A DNA stretch of 64,000 nt from Octopus vulgaris (taxonomy: Eukaryota). Position numbers and translations under genes: made by a program. The notes below the pieces were generated by a model. It was given only the letters and a program-made list of their open reading frames with translations. It was not told the origin of the DNA and ran no database searches. This document shows, in pieces, positions 38,431-52,196 of the stretch; the first letter of the stretch is position 1, and the number at the start of each line of letters is the position of its first letter. The stretch is from positions 32,178,001 through 32,242,000 of the forward strand of contig OX597825.1 of assembly GCA_951406725.2 (NCBI GenBank), given 5' to 3'.

Positions 38431-38851
38431 ATATATATATATATATATACTTGCACACACATGCAATGGGCTTCTTTCAGTTTCTGTCTACCAAATCCAT
38501 TCACAAAACCTTGGTTGACTCAGGGCTATAGTAGAAGATATTTATCCAAAGTGCCATGCAGTGGAACTGAACTCAAAACCATGTGATTGGAAAACAAACC
38601 TCTTCCCAGGATTGTTCGTCTAACATCCATTTTTTCTTTCCATGCTCAAATGGGTTTTGATCGTGAGTTATTCAAGGCAGGATTTTACATCCTGGTGCTC
38701 CACTTGTAACCAACCCTTATTTCTAACAAGCTGAATGACCACACAGTCAAGCTAAGTCCCCAATTCATTTGAAGTTATCTTCCTCCCTTCCTTTTACCAT
38801 GGTGGTTCCGAAACGATAAGGGATCTCAAGCAATGCCCTTCTCTTCTTTGA

Positions 38852-39083
38852 TTAACGTTTTTGGTACCCACATGCCTGAAACTGTCTCTGGATCTATGAT
38901 ACAAACCCTGTCTTTTTTAAAATAATTTAAGGTAAAACCTTCCATTAGAATTTCTTACTAATTTTTGTTCTAAAGTCCAAATTAAAAAAGACAAAGTTAT
39001 TTTAATAAATTCTTTATTATTTTCAGAACCAATTGAAACAGAGACAGTGTGTTTCAAAAGAAATATGGTAAGAAAAAGGTTAA
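38852..39083 (+). mobile_element. TTAA-flanked MITE family 2
   Basis: TTAACGTTTTTG...AAAAAGGTTAA; homologous to 59933-60127. Confidence 0.6.
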
Positions 39084-39282
39084 ATGTCTTCTTTTGTTTT
39101 TATTTTACTTATCGTTTGACATGAATCGAAGTATGCATCTTCTATTGAGTTGATATGTGTGCTAAACATGTCAATGTGAGAACATTCTATTCACAACAAC
39201 AGCAACAACAACAATAATAATAATGGTAATGACATTTATAAAAAAATAATGTAAGAAGCAAAAATAAACGAAACTATCTCTT

Positions 39283-39313
<31 letters not shown>

Positions 39314-39544
39314 TTAGCACTTGAATCTTAAATTGATTAATCTTGTAAATAAGAATGATAAGACGATGATTTTAAAGCAATTAACTAACACAGCAACAAC
39401 AACGACAACAACAACGACAACAGCAACAACAATAATAATAATAATAATTGCAATAATAATGATAATACAGACAAAAACATTTATTGTATTTTTTTCTAAT
39501 GAAAAGAAATTTTTCTCTTTATAAATTTGTATTTTTGTCTATTT

Positions 39545-39557
39545 TTTTAGCTATTAC

Positions 39558-39623
<66 letters not shown>

Positions 39624-39635
39624 CATTATTATTAC
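39545..39635. repeat. (ATT)n microsatellite
   Basis: Direct repeats. Confidence 0.9.
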
Positions 39636-39964
39636 AAAAAAACATTGTTCTCCTTTAATGTTCAAATTCTAAAAGTAAGCAGAAATTTAAGCATTGCATT
39701 ATGTTCTATTGAGCATATTTTCCCATTTATGGTGAATTCTTAAGATTAGAACTAACAACAGGCTTGTTTCATTGTGTATCAACATCTTTCTCTCTTTGTC
39801 TCTCTTCATTTTATCTGTCTTTCTTTCTTCTCGCTTTCTTTCTCTCACTGTCTTACTCTCATTTTCCTTGTATTACTTCTCAAAAACTAACTCTGTCTTT
39901 GTGCACAGATGTATATGTGAAATATGTATTTGTAAATATGTGATGTGTATATGTCTATGCACAT

Positions 39965-39980
39965 GAATATATATATGTAT

Positions 39981-40046
<66 letters not shown>

Positions 40047-40097
40047 ATACATATATATATACATATATATATACATATATATATACATACATATATA

Positions 40098-40147
<50 letters not shown>

Positions 40148-40217
40148 ATATATACATATACATATTTACATATATATACATATACATATTTACATATATA
40201 TACATATATATCTGTAC

Positions 40218-40280
<63 letters not shown>

Positions 40281-40411
40281 TATACATATATACACATATA
40301 TATATATATATGTATGCATATACATATATATATACACACATATATATATACACACACACACACATATATATAATATATATATGTGTATTTATATATATAT
40401 ATATATATATA
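39965..40411. repeat. (TA)n/(CA)n expansion
   Basis: Dinucleotide repeats. Confidence 0.95.
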
Positions 40412-40633
40412 GCTAATAGTGAGGGATTATCAATCCAGGCAAAATACTCCATAAGCTCTCTGTTGGCACACCAGGCTAACAATATTGTTTAGATTAGTGA
40501 AGAACTAATATTCTTATGGCAGGGTCCAAGGTTATGGATCATCACAATTCTATATTGTAAATCCGTGAGTGGGCTCCAGACAAACTAGTTTTTACACAGA
40601 ATGGTATGTAAGAAACAAGTTAAGAATAATGGT

Positions 40634-40871
40634 CATTACATATTTATCCTTTATTGGTGCAAATTTGTCTCACAGCTGTTTCCCCTAGTTATTGAATGAC
40701 CTAAAAACATTAATGCTACTTATATAAAGTAGCATTAAGTTTTTTAGGTCACTCAACTTTTCTCAACCGATCAATTGACCAGTTGAGTAAACCTGTTGGT
40801 AACATACCTATAATGACTACTGGAAACAGGTGTAAACCAAATTTGCTCTAATAAAGGAAAAATATGCAATG
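40634..40871. repeat. Nested inverted-repeat element
   Basis: Outer ~50-bp arms plus an inner hairpin at 40692-40756. Confidence 0.75.
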
Positions 40872-40892
40872 ATTGTTATTTATACCTTGTCT

Positions 40893-40941
<49 letters not shown>

Positions 40942-40944
<3 letters not shown>

Positions 40945-41359
40945 AAAAATACAAACTGGGACAAGAACGCAAAACATTTAGAAGACGATACAAAAAAAAC
41001 GGACGGGACATTCGAAGCCTTCAATCGTCAGTCAAGAACAGGATCATTCTCGCAATTTCGGCTGATTAATCATGAGATTGCTCCGATCTGGCCAGCCCCA
41101 AAGGAAAATCTAAGCCAAGCATATTAGATTCCTTGGGAGAAAGCCTCGAATGTATACAAAACAAGGAGGAAAAAATGGACGATGTTACACGAATAAGAAT
41201 ACAAAAATACGTAAAAACAATAATGATAATAATAATAACAAAAACAGGATGTCACAGACAGGCGTCTTTCGACAGGACGAGTAAACTTTGAGCTGGCATG
41301 TTAGAAAAATGCCTTAGGGCAGAGAGAAAAAAATGTCTTGCTGCGACGACTGCTAAGCA

Positions 41360-41362
<3 letters not shown>
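40942..41362. mobile_element. Unclassified CpG-rich insertion within (TA)n
   Basis: 421 bp of complex sequence bounded on both sides by pure (TA)n. Confidence 0.55.
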
Positions 41363-41401
<39 letters not shown>

Positions 41402-41403
<2 letters not shown>

Positions 41404-41814
41404 TCTTTTTACTCTTTTACTTGTTTCAGTCATTTGACTGAGGCCATGCTGGAGCACCACCTTTATAGTCGAGAAACTTGACCCCAGAACTTATTCTTTG
41501 TAAGCCTAGTACTTATTCTATCGGTCTCTTTTGCCGAACTGCTAAGTTATGGGGACATAAACACACCAGCATTGGTTGTCAAGCGATGTTGGGGGAACAA
41601 ACATACATACAAACATATATACACACACACATACATATATATACATATACAACGGGCTTCTTTCAGTTTCCGTCTCCCAAATTCACTCACAAGGTTTTGG
41701 TCGGCCCGAGGCTATAGTAGAAGACACTTACCCAAGGTGCCATGTAGTGGGACTGAACCTGGAAGCATGTGGTTGGTAAGCAAGCTACTTACCACACAGC
41801 CACTCCTGCGCCTA
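41402..41814 (-). mobile_element. SINE family B, full length
   Basis: Homology. Confidence 0.9.
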
Positions 41815-43724
41815 TATTTGCATCTATATATATATATATAAACAGATGAAAACAGATAGATAGTGGTTCACTCACAACAGTTGTTTCGGGCATTTCAACC
41901 TGTTGTTATTTGTTTATTATTGACTTTATTCAGAACCCGTAATTAGTGTGGATCTGGAGTCATTTGAATGCAGTACAATTGCTGCAATGTTTGTACCTAG
42001 GTGCAGCCTTGAGACTCATGGTATATTCAGCCAGATGATTATGGTCATACATGCAACTGGAATATAAACTGTCTTTACCTCAATATGTATGTATGTGTTC
42101 TTCTAATTCTGTTTTGTACACGATAGTGATTCCACTGACTTGGCCTTGGTGCTTTACAGAGAGAGAGAGGACCTGATTCACTTGAATCTTGAACTTTTAT
42201 ATTTATATATATATTTATAACAATAAGGGTTTTGCAACAAGTTGCTTGACCACATACCGAAAATTTTAGAAATAGCAGCCAGAGGACTACTATTTTCTTT
42301 TTCTACAAAAATATGTCTCCACAGACAACAATATTTGGAACTCACATATGGCAAAAAAAGAAGAAAAATAATGAAATCAAAACAGTCTTTGGTTAATTAT
42401 GGACGTACATTTCTGGATTAGAATCCTAAGATTCATTTCCTTCATCAACATAATATTCCGATAAATCTAGAAATGCTAGGAAAACTAACCTCCTATATTT
42501 CCAATTAAGCGTCATCTGAACATATAAAAGCTAATCAGCATATCCATATTTATATAGACAAGTGAATTCATATTTCCCTCTAAAATTTTTTTACCATGTG
42601 TGAGTATAGTATATCTGTATATATCTGTATTAAATATATATATATATATATGTCTGTATGTGTGTATATGGATATACATGTACTTGTATATTGTTATATG
42701 AGCCTGTATAAGTCTGCATGTGTGTGTGTGTGTTGTGTTTGTCCTCTACCACTGCTTGGCAACTGGTGGTAGTTTGTTTGTCTGCAAAACTTAGCAGTTC
42801 AGCAAAAAGAGATCGATAGAATAAGTACTAGGTGTAGAAAAAATAAAGCAAGTATTAGTGCTGATTGTTTGAGTTAACCCTTCAACACTGCCCCCAGCAT
42901 GGTCACAGTCCAATAACTGAAACAAAATGAAAGGTAAAAGATAAAAGAAACAACACATAGTGTGTTGTCTTGGATGGTCATGGCTGGAATCTCTTTGATC
43001 ATAGTCTGCTACATCAGGGCTGAGTTGGAGTTTAAACAACAACAACTACAACACTTTGCTGTGATTTTTATTTTGATTGTTCCCTTGGATTTCTCTTTGT
43101 AATCCAAATGGTTAATAATTCGATTTTGAACAACAATGCATGAACTAAACAAAGAAATGGTGTAAACCAAGAACAGCTTCATCTCATGCACATGCTTCCA
43201 TTTGCCTCCAATTGTCGCAATGAAAATAAGCTTAGGTTTCACTCTTAAGGTTTCTCTTACTACAGTTCTATTGTTAATGATGGAAAGTGAATTTACTGTT
43301 AAATCTGTTACTTTAATAAAAGCAAAAACAAAAGTAAAAATGATCAGTGTTAGTATCAAAACACACAAAAAAAAATTCATGCACACACAGAAATTGGGAG
43401 CAATTTGGCATAGCTGTTGGAGTGTCAGATACAAGGCCATGTGATATATGTTCCTGAGTTCAACTCCTGCCCTGGTCAATTTTGTTTTTTATCTTTGTAG
43501 GGTTAATGATTAAAAAACTAATCAAACACTGGAGTCAAGTCTTCTCTCTTTATTTCTATCTCTGGAGGAATCTGTTGTGTTCAGACCCGGAGATTTTTAA
43601 ACCCAGAGATCTTTAAAATATGCAGTATATGTTGTATGTTACAATAGCGCTCCTATGAATTGATCACAAGTGAAGGACCCGTGGCTGGATGGATACATAC
43701 ATTCATTTGAGTGGTATAGTTTAC

Positions 43725-44222
43725 ATGAAGTGAGCTGGCAAAATCATTAGCACACTGGACAGAATGCTTCACAGCTTTTCTTCTGGTTTCATGTTTAGAG
43801 TTCAAATTCCAATGAGGTCGATTTTGCCTTTCATCCATTCATGGGATTAATAAAATAAGTACCAGTTGAGCACTGGGGTTAATGGAATCAATTCACTTAC
43901 TCCCCCAGAACTTCAGGCCTCATACCTACAGTTAAAAGGATTATATTTTTTGTTAAAAAAAAAAAAAATGAATGTGCCCTTTTTTTTTTAAAGCCTAGCC
44001 AGGCTCATGGGCCCAGTTTCCTGGTTTCTATGGCGTATATGTTCCCCAGCTTGATGGGACGTCAGTCCATTGCAGCGTTACTCATTTTTGCTGGCTGAGT
44101 GAACTGGAGCAACATGAAATGAAGTGTTTTGCTCAAGAACACATGTCGCCCGGTCCAGGAATCGAAACCACAATCTTATGAGAATGGTGCTGACACCCTA
44201 ACCACTAAGCCATGCACCTCCA
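43725..44222. mobile_element. SINE A (+, 43725-43942) and a SINE C/D hybrid-type copy (-, 43975-44222)
   Basis: The minus copy has a family D middle block and a family C 3' end. Confidence 0.7.
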
Positions 44223-44340
44223 CATTTTTTGTTACAAAGTCTAAACAATGCAAATTAGAAGAAAGACTACAGGTCAATCATTTGTACTATTATTTTGTAT
44301 TTCAGTATTTCAGTTACACACAAGTATATGTGTATATATA

Positions 44341-44658
44341 CTCTTTTACTCTTTTACTTGTTTCAGTCATTTGACTGTGGCCATGCCGGAGCACCGCCTT
44401 TCGTCAAGCAAATCGACCCCAGGACTTATTCTTTGTAAGCCTACAGCAACCTTTTATTCTTTTACTCGTTTCAGTCATTTGACTGTGGCCATGCTGGAGC
44501 ACTGCTTTTAGTCGAGCAAATCGACCCCAGGACTTATTCTGTGTAAGCCTAGTACTTATTCTATCGGTCACTTTTGCCGAACTGCTAAGTTATGGGGACG
44601 TAAACACAACACCATCGGTTGTCAAGTGATGTTGGGGGGGACAAACACAGACGCACAA

Positions 44659-44700
<42 letters not shown>

Positions 44701-44882
44701 ACACATATATATATACATATATACGACGGGCTTCTTTCAGTTTTCGTCTACTAAATCCATTCACAAGGCTTTGGTCAGCCCGAAGCTATAGAAGAAGACA
44801 CTTGCCCAAGGTGCCATGCAGTGGGAATGAACCTGGAACCATGTGGTTGGCAAGCAGACTACTTACCACACAGCCACACCTA
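44341..44882 (-). mobile_element. SINE family B with a duplicated 3' end
   Basis: 3' ~105 bp present twice (44341-44443 and from ~44450). Confidence 0.85.
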
Positions 44883-45368
44883 CGTCTGTGTGTGTGCATG
44901 CATGTTTGCACTCGCACATACACACATTTATTCTAGAGTTGAGATAATCTCTTATATTTCACGAGTATCACTGTTGATGTAACAAATTTCTGAAGTGCAA
45001 TACATAATGTTCTGTTGTGTATTAGGTTCTGCATACACAATAACCAGATATAGGACAGTACAGTCATGGGTGGAATGTCTTTCGTAGCTACATAACTATT
45101 TGCATATGTGTGCGTGTGTGTTGTGTGTGTGTGTGGGCAGATGCTGACATAACTGTCAAGCTTCATTCAAAGAGAGAGAGAAAAAAAACAGTTTCTTGCA
45201 TTTTAATAATATCAAACTTCATTCAAGCAAAAAAATTAATAATGACAACCAAAGTCAGAATCCTTAGATCAATTTCATAAAAAGAAACCCAAAATGAAAA
45301 TCTTGTTAGCAAATGAGTGTACATACATTCATACATACATACATACATACATACATACATACATGTAC

Positions 45369-45416
<48 letters not shown>

Positions 45417-45755
45417 TACATACACACACATATATACGCATATACATACATATGTGTAAGTATATATCTATATATATATACACATATATATGTAAAAGTG
45501 TGTATATGTATATATTTATTTATATATATATAAAATATATATACACACATGTATATCATTAAATGTTGATGGTATGTGTGTGGGTGTGTGTATGTGTGTA
45601 TACATATATATATAAGTGTATGTATATATATATATATATATATTTATAAAATGTATACACATACTTATATATCATTAAATGATGATGATGATGGTATAAA
45701 TGTGTATGTGTGTGTGCGTGCATATACACACACACACATATATACCATCATCATC

Positions 45756-45787
<32 letters not shown>

Positions 45788-46048
45788 AAGTGCAGGTACA
45801 GCTGTGTGGCACAAAATTTGCTTCTCAAATTTGCACATGATTGCAGGTTCGGTCCTGCTGCATGGCACCTTGGGCAAATGTCTTCTTCTAGAACCTCAGG
45901 CTGACCAAAGACTTGAGATTGATTTAGAAGATGGAAACTGAAAGAAGCTCTTATCCTTTACCTTTTGCTTGTTTCAATCAATTGACTCTAGTCATACTAG
46001 GATACTGTCTTGAAGTATTGTTTAGTTGAATGAAGGGATACTAATGCT

Positions 46049-46223
46049 AATCATAAAGAAAAAATAAAATATATTATAAAACATATAGCTAGATCACAAA
46101 AGCACAAAAAAATCAATAAACAATATATAATTAGTACTTATTATATATTGTTTATTCAATTTTTTGTACTTTTTGTGATCTAGTTATATGTTTTAAAATA
46201 TATTTTATTTTTTCTTTATGATT
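46049..46223. repeat. 175-bp AT-rich near-perfect palindrome
   Basis: Arms meet around AGTACT at ~46133-46138. Confidence 0.85.
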
Positions 46224-46297
46224 TGGTTTATGTCTATCATTGTTTGAATTACATAATTGTGGTTTTTCTCTAATTATATATATATATATATATATAT

Positions 46298-46885
46298 CAG
46301 AGCTGTGTGAAGAAGTGTCATGCTGTAACAGTAGAGGGAACCTGTAGAAGAGGTAGACCCAGGAAGACCTGGGATGAAGTGGTGAAGCATGACCTTCGAA
46401 CGTTGGGCTTCACAGAGGCAATGACAAGTGACCAAGACCTTTGGAGATATGCTGTACTTGAAAAGACCCGGCAGGCCAAGTGAGACTGTAGCCATGGCCT
46501 ATGCCAGTGTCACATAACCAGCCCTTTTAAGAGTACACTTCAATAGTCGGGCAATATGCTGTGCTTGAGAAGACCTGTTGAGTCAAGTGAAATCATTATC
46601 ATGGCCAATGCCAGTACCGCCTTACTGGCACCCATGATGGTGTCATGTAAAAAGCACAATTCAAGCATGGTCAATGCCAGTGCCACCGGACTAGCTCTCA
46701 TGCTGGTGGCATGTAAAAAGCACCCACTACACTCTTGGAGTGGTTGGCGTTAGGAAGGGCATCCAGCTGTAGAAACCTTGCCAGATCAGATTTGAGCTGG
46801 TTGCAGCCTCCCGGCTTGCCAGTACTCAGTCAAACCGTCCAACCCATGCCAGCATGGAAAACAGACATTAAACGATGATGATGAT
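46298..46885 (+). mobile_element. RTE LINE 3' end (ORF C-terminus, 3' UTR, (GAT)n tail)
   Basis: SCVKKCHAVTVEGTCRRGRPRKTWDEVVKHDLRTLGFTEAMTSDQDLWRYAVLEKTRQAK*. Confidence 0.85.
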
Positions 46886-46992
46886 GTATAGTACATGATG
46901 ATCCAAGCATGGAAGATGTGAATGTTTGACTTATTCTAATGTTAGGGATTTGGAAGAGAACTGGGTCGGTTAAGGTATCAAAATAAAGTCTT

Positions 46993-47216
46993 TTAACCCT
47001 TTAGCACTCAGATTATTCTGTCAAATGTAATGCTTCTTTATTCACATTGTTTTGAATTAATCATGCATCATCGCGTAGCCTTCAGATTTCATTGATGAAT
47101 TTGTTTCATTTTAGAATAACATTGTAGGGTAGGTGTGAGAGGATGGATGTGGCTGGTTTGAACATAGAGGTGGGATATTTGGTCCAGATATGACCAATAT
47201 AAATGCTAAGGGTTAC
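46993..47216 (-). mobile_element. TTAA/CCC-ended MITE family 1 (piggyBac-like termini)
   Basis: TTAACCCTTTAGCA...TGCTAAGGGTTA. Confidence 0.75.
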
Positions 47217-47621
47217 ATATTCTCCTTGGTTATCTTTGTTTTTACATGACAGTTCACGCATATACACATACAAAATGCTCATATATGCACATATTCACAC
47301 ACTTATGCAAACAAAACCACATACACATGCATATGTGCACACATAATCATACATACATACATACATACATATATACATACAAACATGCATACATACACAA
47401 ATACATACATACATACATACATACACAGACATCCTTAAATGCTCATACACATGTAAACTCATGTGCACACACATGCACACCCATACACACATACACCCAT
47501 ATGCACACAGCCACGCCTACACATAGACATTCCTCCACATATACACGTGCATACACTTACATACATACACACCCACGCAAATTTTCCCCTCACCATATGT
47601 ATGTATAAATATATATAAATG

Positions 47622-47686
<65 letters not shown>

Positions 47687-47698
47687 ATGTACCCTCTG

Positions 47699-47753
<55 letters not shown>

Positions 47754-47894
47754 GCAGATGGTGAAACAACTGTCAAACCTCATTCAGACAGCTCTCCTAT
47801 TAATATCACAGTCAGTGAACATCTACTCTGTATTGTAACTTCATCAACTCTCCATTCAATTTCACACTGCCCACCACCCAGCATCTCTACCACT

Positions 47895-48100
47895 ACTCCA
47901 CTTCTGCCTCCTCCACTTCTGCCTCCTCCACTTCTGTCTCCTCCTCCTCCTCCTCCTCCCCCATCCACTTCCTCCCCTTCCCCTCCTCCTCCTCCTCCTA
48001 TTTTCCCCCATCCACTTCCTCCCCTTCCCCTCCTCCTCCTCATCGTCCTCTTCCTTCTCTTCATCCTCCTCCTTCTCTTCATCTTCCTTCTCCTTCCCTA
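47895..48100. repeat. Polypyrimidine (CCT)n tract with 3x15-bp CTTCTGCCTCCTCCA
   Basis: Direct repeats. Confidence 0.85.
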
Positions 48101-48205
48101 TCAGTCAGTCTCTTTCTCTTTCGCTCTCTCACACTCTACTTTAGTGTAGGCAGTATGTACTTGCATATATGTATGTATATATGTAGTATGTATTTATTAT
48201 ATAGA

Positions 48206-48279
<74 letters not shown>

Positions 48280-48656
48280 GATTATATGAATATATGCATT
48301 GTACAATTATGCATACTCACACATACATACACACAATAGACGTAAAATATAAAAAAATATTTTTATAATATGAATATAAAATATATATAGTATTTGTGAG
48401 TGTCTATATCTATATACATACATACACACACACACACATCTATGTACACCACACACATAGGCATATTGCATATATACATGCATATATGTATATGAATATA
48501 TATATATTTGTGTGTATATATTTATATTTATATATACATACACACTCTTTTAAGTACGTCTGAGTATACTGTTTACATGCATATTGCAACACATGCATGG
48601 GTGCATTTGTAGTCGTGCACACTATCACACATATGCACATACACACACACACACGT

Positions 48657-48699
<43 letters not shown>

Positions 48700-49286
48700 C
48701 AGACTTGCTGATATTTTTGCTTTCGTTTTGTTTTGTAATTTATAAGTTCACATGCTCCGGTAAAACAACAACAACAACAATAACTATTTCTAACAACCAC
48801 AACAAGAAAGAAAATATGAATGAACCCACCCCACCTCCACCTGGGAGAATGACAAAAATAAAAAAAAATATATAAATGCCAATATAAACAAAAGAATTTC
48901 TGTAAATTATTAGCTTTCCCTCCTGAATTGCTTCCTCCACCTCCTCCTCTCCCTCCATCACTGCCACCACTGCTACCACCACCATCCTCTCCACCACCAT
49001 TATAGCACTGCCAACTTTGATGACACTACGACATGTCTGCTGTTCTGACTTGCTTTTATAGTGTGATTACAGAATTGTATATTGATCTCTGCGTGTGTGT
49101 GTGTGCATGTATATATCTATGTATATATGCTTGCGTTTGTAGGTTTATGTGCATATGTATGCATGCATGTATATGTCTGAATGTATAGATATTGACATAT
49201 GTATGTTTGTGTATGGAGGCGTTTATGTATGCAGGTGTGTGTGCACATGTACAAAGGTATGCACATGTACAAAGGTATATATATAT

Positions 49287-49317
<31 letters not shown>

Positions 49318-49507
49318 TGTATGTATGCATTTATACACCTATGTATATACATATATATGTAAATATATCTATCTATCTATATATATATATCATCATCATT
49401 TAACATCATTCATATATACATATATACATATATAAATATATATGTATATATACATATGTACATATGTGTATATATGCATACATACATACATACATGCATA
49501 CATATAC

Positions 49508-49544
<37 letters not shown>

Positions 49545-50546
49545 GTATGTACTTGTGTGTGTATATATATATACATATATGCAGTTTATAGATATGTATG
49601 TATGTGTGTATCTATGTATGTTTCTTGTTAATTATGTGAATTCTTCCTACGGGGAAAGAGCTGCTTTCTAACAAAGAAACACAGCACCTTTTCTGTAATT
49701 TAGATAACAACAATGATAAGTATTACAGGTTGAACTTTAGAATATAACTGAATCAAACATATTCAATACCTGATGTATAATGTATAACAATTGCATATTT
49801 TTGCATATTTCTACTGTTCTGCTTAGAAATTGTATTAGTAGATATAATGCACATTAGCTGTTTTGCCTGAAAAACCTAACTTTTTTCAGATTACCAAGCA
49901 TTTAGTAAGATAACCATGTGTACCAATAATTATTGTTATAAATGTGAATTTGTAATCAAGGTAGAAAAGCTGCAGGCTTCAAAGCAGGTGTCTGTCCTTT
50001 TTATGTCAGGTGAGGTTAGAGTATGATGGAGGGGACAAGCAAAAACAGGTGTCTTGCAGTAGAGATGACACAAGGTGTTTAACTTATGCTGCAAGACACC
50101 TGTCTTTGTTCCTCTCTATTGATATTCTAACCTCTCGTTACCAGGTAAAAAGCCACTTCCCGCAATATTATTCTACCCTGCTCAGTGGAGGGATCTTGTC
50201 TTGCAAGTTACTTGGCAGCCACACTAGTGCTGGTGCTCCATAAAAAGCACCCAGGACATGCTGATAAGTGGTTGGCATTAGGAAGGGTATCTAGCCGTTG
50301 AAATCGTACCAAAGTAGGTAGGGGGTCTGGTACTGTCCCCTTGCTTGCCAGATCCTGTCAAACCAACCAACCAACCCATGCCAGTATGGCGAGCAGATAT
50401 TAAATAACGATGATGATGTTCACGTCTACTGGGCAACTCATCTTTATGACTACTTTATCATTTCTATCCCAAATAACAATATCAAGCCTGTTATTCTTGC
50501 TCTTGGCATAAGTTTTGATTGGAATGTTCTGCCACTATTTCTCATT

Positions 50547-50668
50547 TTTGTTTGTTTGTTTGTTTGTTTGTATGTATGTATGCATGTATGTATGTATGTA
50601 TGTATGTATGTATGTATGTATGTATGTATGTATGTATGTATGTATGTATGTATGTATGTATGTATGAA
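50547..50668. repeat. (TTTG)n-(TATG)n microsatellite
   Basis: Direct repeats. Confidence 0.9.
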
Positions 50669-52156
50669 TGTATATATGTATACATATTATTCAAAGTCAT
50701 CATCACCATCATCATTTAATGTCCACTTTTCCAAGCTTGCATGCATCAGATGGAGTTTATTTGAGGTAGATTTAGTATGGGCGGATACCCTTCCTGTCAC
50801 CGACATTCACCTGTTTCCAAGTAAGGTAATAATTCCCCTTGGCCAGAGATGTTCCCACAGAATAGTGGAAATGAATGGCACTGCTTCTATGACAGGGACA
50901 ATCATTTTACAAATTTCACATGATGTCAAGACAAGGAGACAAATACACACACACATACAGGCTTCTTTCAGTGTCCATCTGCCAAAGCCACTCACTAGCC
51001 TTTGGTTGGCTCAGGGTTATAGTAGTAGACACTTGTCCAAAGCCTCAAGCAGTAGGATTGAACCTAGAACCATATAGTTGGAAAGCAAACTTGTTGTCTT
51101 CATAGCCATTCTCATGCCAAAATCTGGTGTAATATTTTTTTGGGTCGCAAAATCTTTGTGCACAATACCATTGTCTGATAGATTTTCTTCAATATCTTAG
51201 GTATTTCTAAAACTCATGTTCAACAACAGGGAAAACAGAGAGACCATTGATTCAAAGGTTTTGAATATGGGATACAGCTTTTTCATGTTTGCTTAGATAG
51301 AAAAATTTCATTCAGATAGGATTATTTCTTTTGGCCAAATTTCATCTTTGTATCCGCAGAAAATTCTGTCATTTACTCCTGCTGTTTTCTCAGCATTGTA
51401 AATATTTTGAGTAAAGTTTTGTTGATAGTCCACCAAGAAATTATGTTTGACATTTTTGACTCTTGCCTGTTGTAGATCCTAGAAATGGATTTCCATACAA
51501 GAAATAATAGCAGATTTAGTGCCAAAATAAACAGAGGCACTGACAGTGTACTTGGAATATTCTCTTTGAAATATTTATTACATTAGAAACAATCTCTCCA
51601 CTTTCAGTTACAAGTAAGAAGATTGTTGGTCAGATCTTTATGAGCTTTTCAATGGCAGCAACCAAAGCAGCAGGTACTTTTGCCAATTGCAATTATTTCA
51701 GTGGTCATGAGTGAGGAAAAGAACCAAATGCTTTTCTTTAATCAAGTTATACTGCCACAAGGTTTCTTCAGTTTCTTCAGACAGCACAGCATTTTATCAA
51801 AAGTTCTTTGATACACCCTCACACACCATTTTTTTCCACCCACTTACCCATCAATCACTGCTTTGTTAGACTCACAATGGTCTTGGAGAAATTGGTTGAG
51901 GCAGTTTACATAAAGTTTGTACGTGATATATATACGAGCAAGCAGTGCATATACACTTTTCTATCGAGTCAGTGTTTCTGTGCTTATTTGTAAGATTTTT
52001 ATCTGCAGAATGGCAATCCAAGTTGCTATGTCAGACATGGCAACCATATGGTGTCAGGGGTTCAGTTCCACTATGTGGGCAAGTGTCTGCTGCTATAGCC
52101 TTGTGAGTGAATTTGATAGGCAGAAACTGTGTGGAAGACCATTGTATATATGTCTA

Positions 52157-52196
<40 letters not shown>

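Noticed and set aside
43009-43479. 156-aa hydrophobic ORF
   Set aside because: Both ends lie in decayed repeats, composition reflects T-richness, and there is no family motif.
51130-51800. Possible decayed hAT transposase
   Set aside because: Frames are broken and no diagnostic motif or TIR pair was identifiable.
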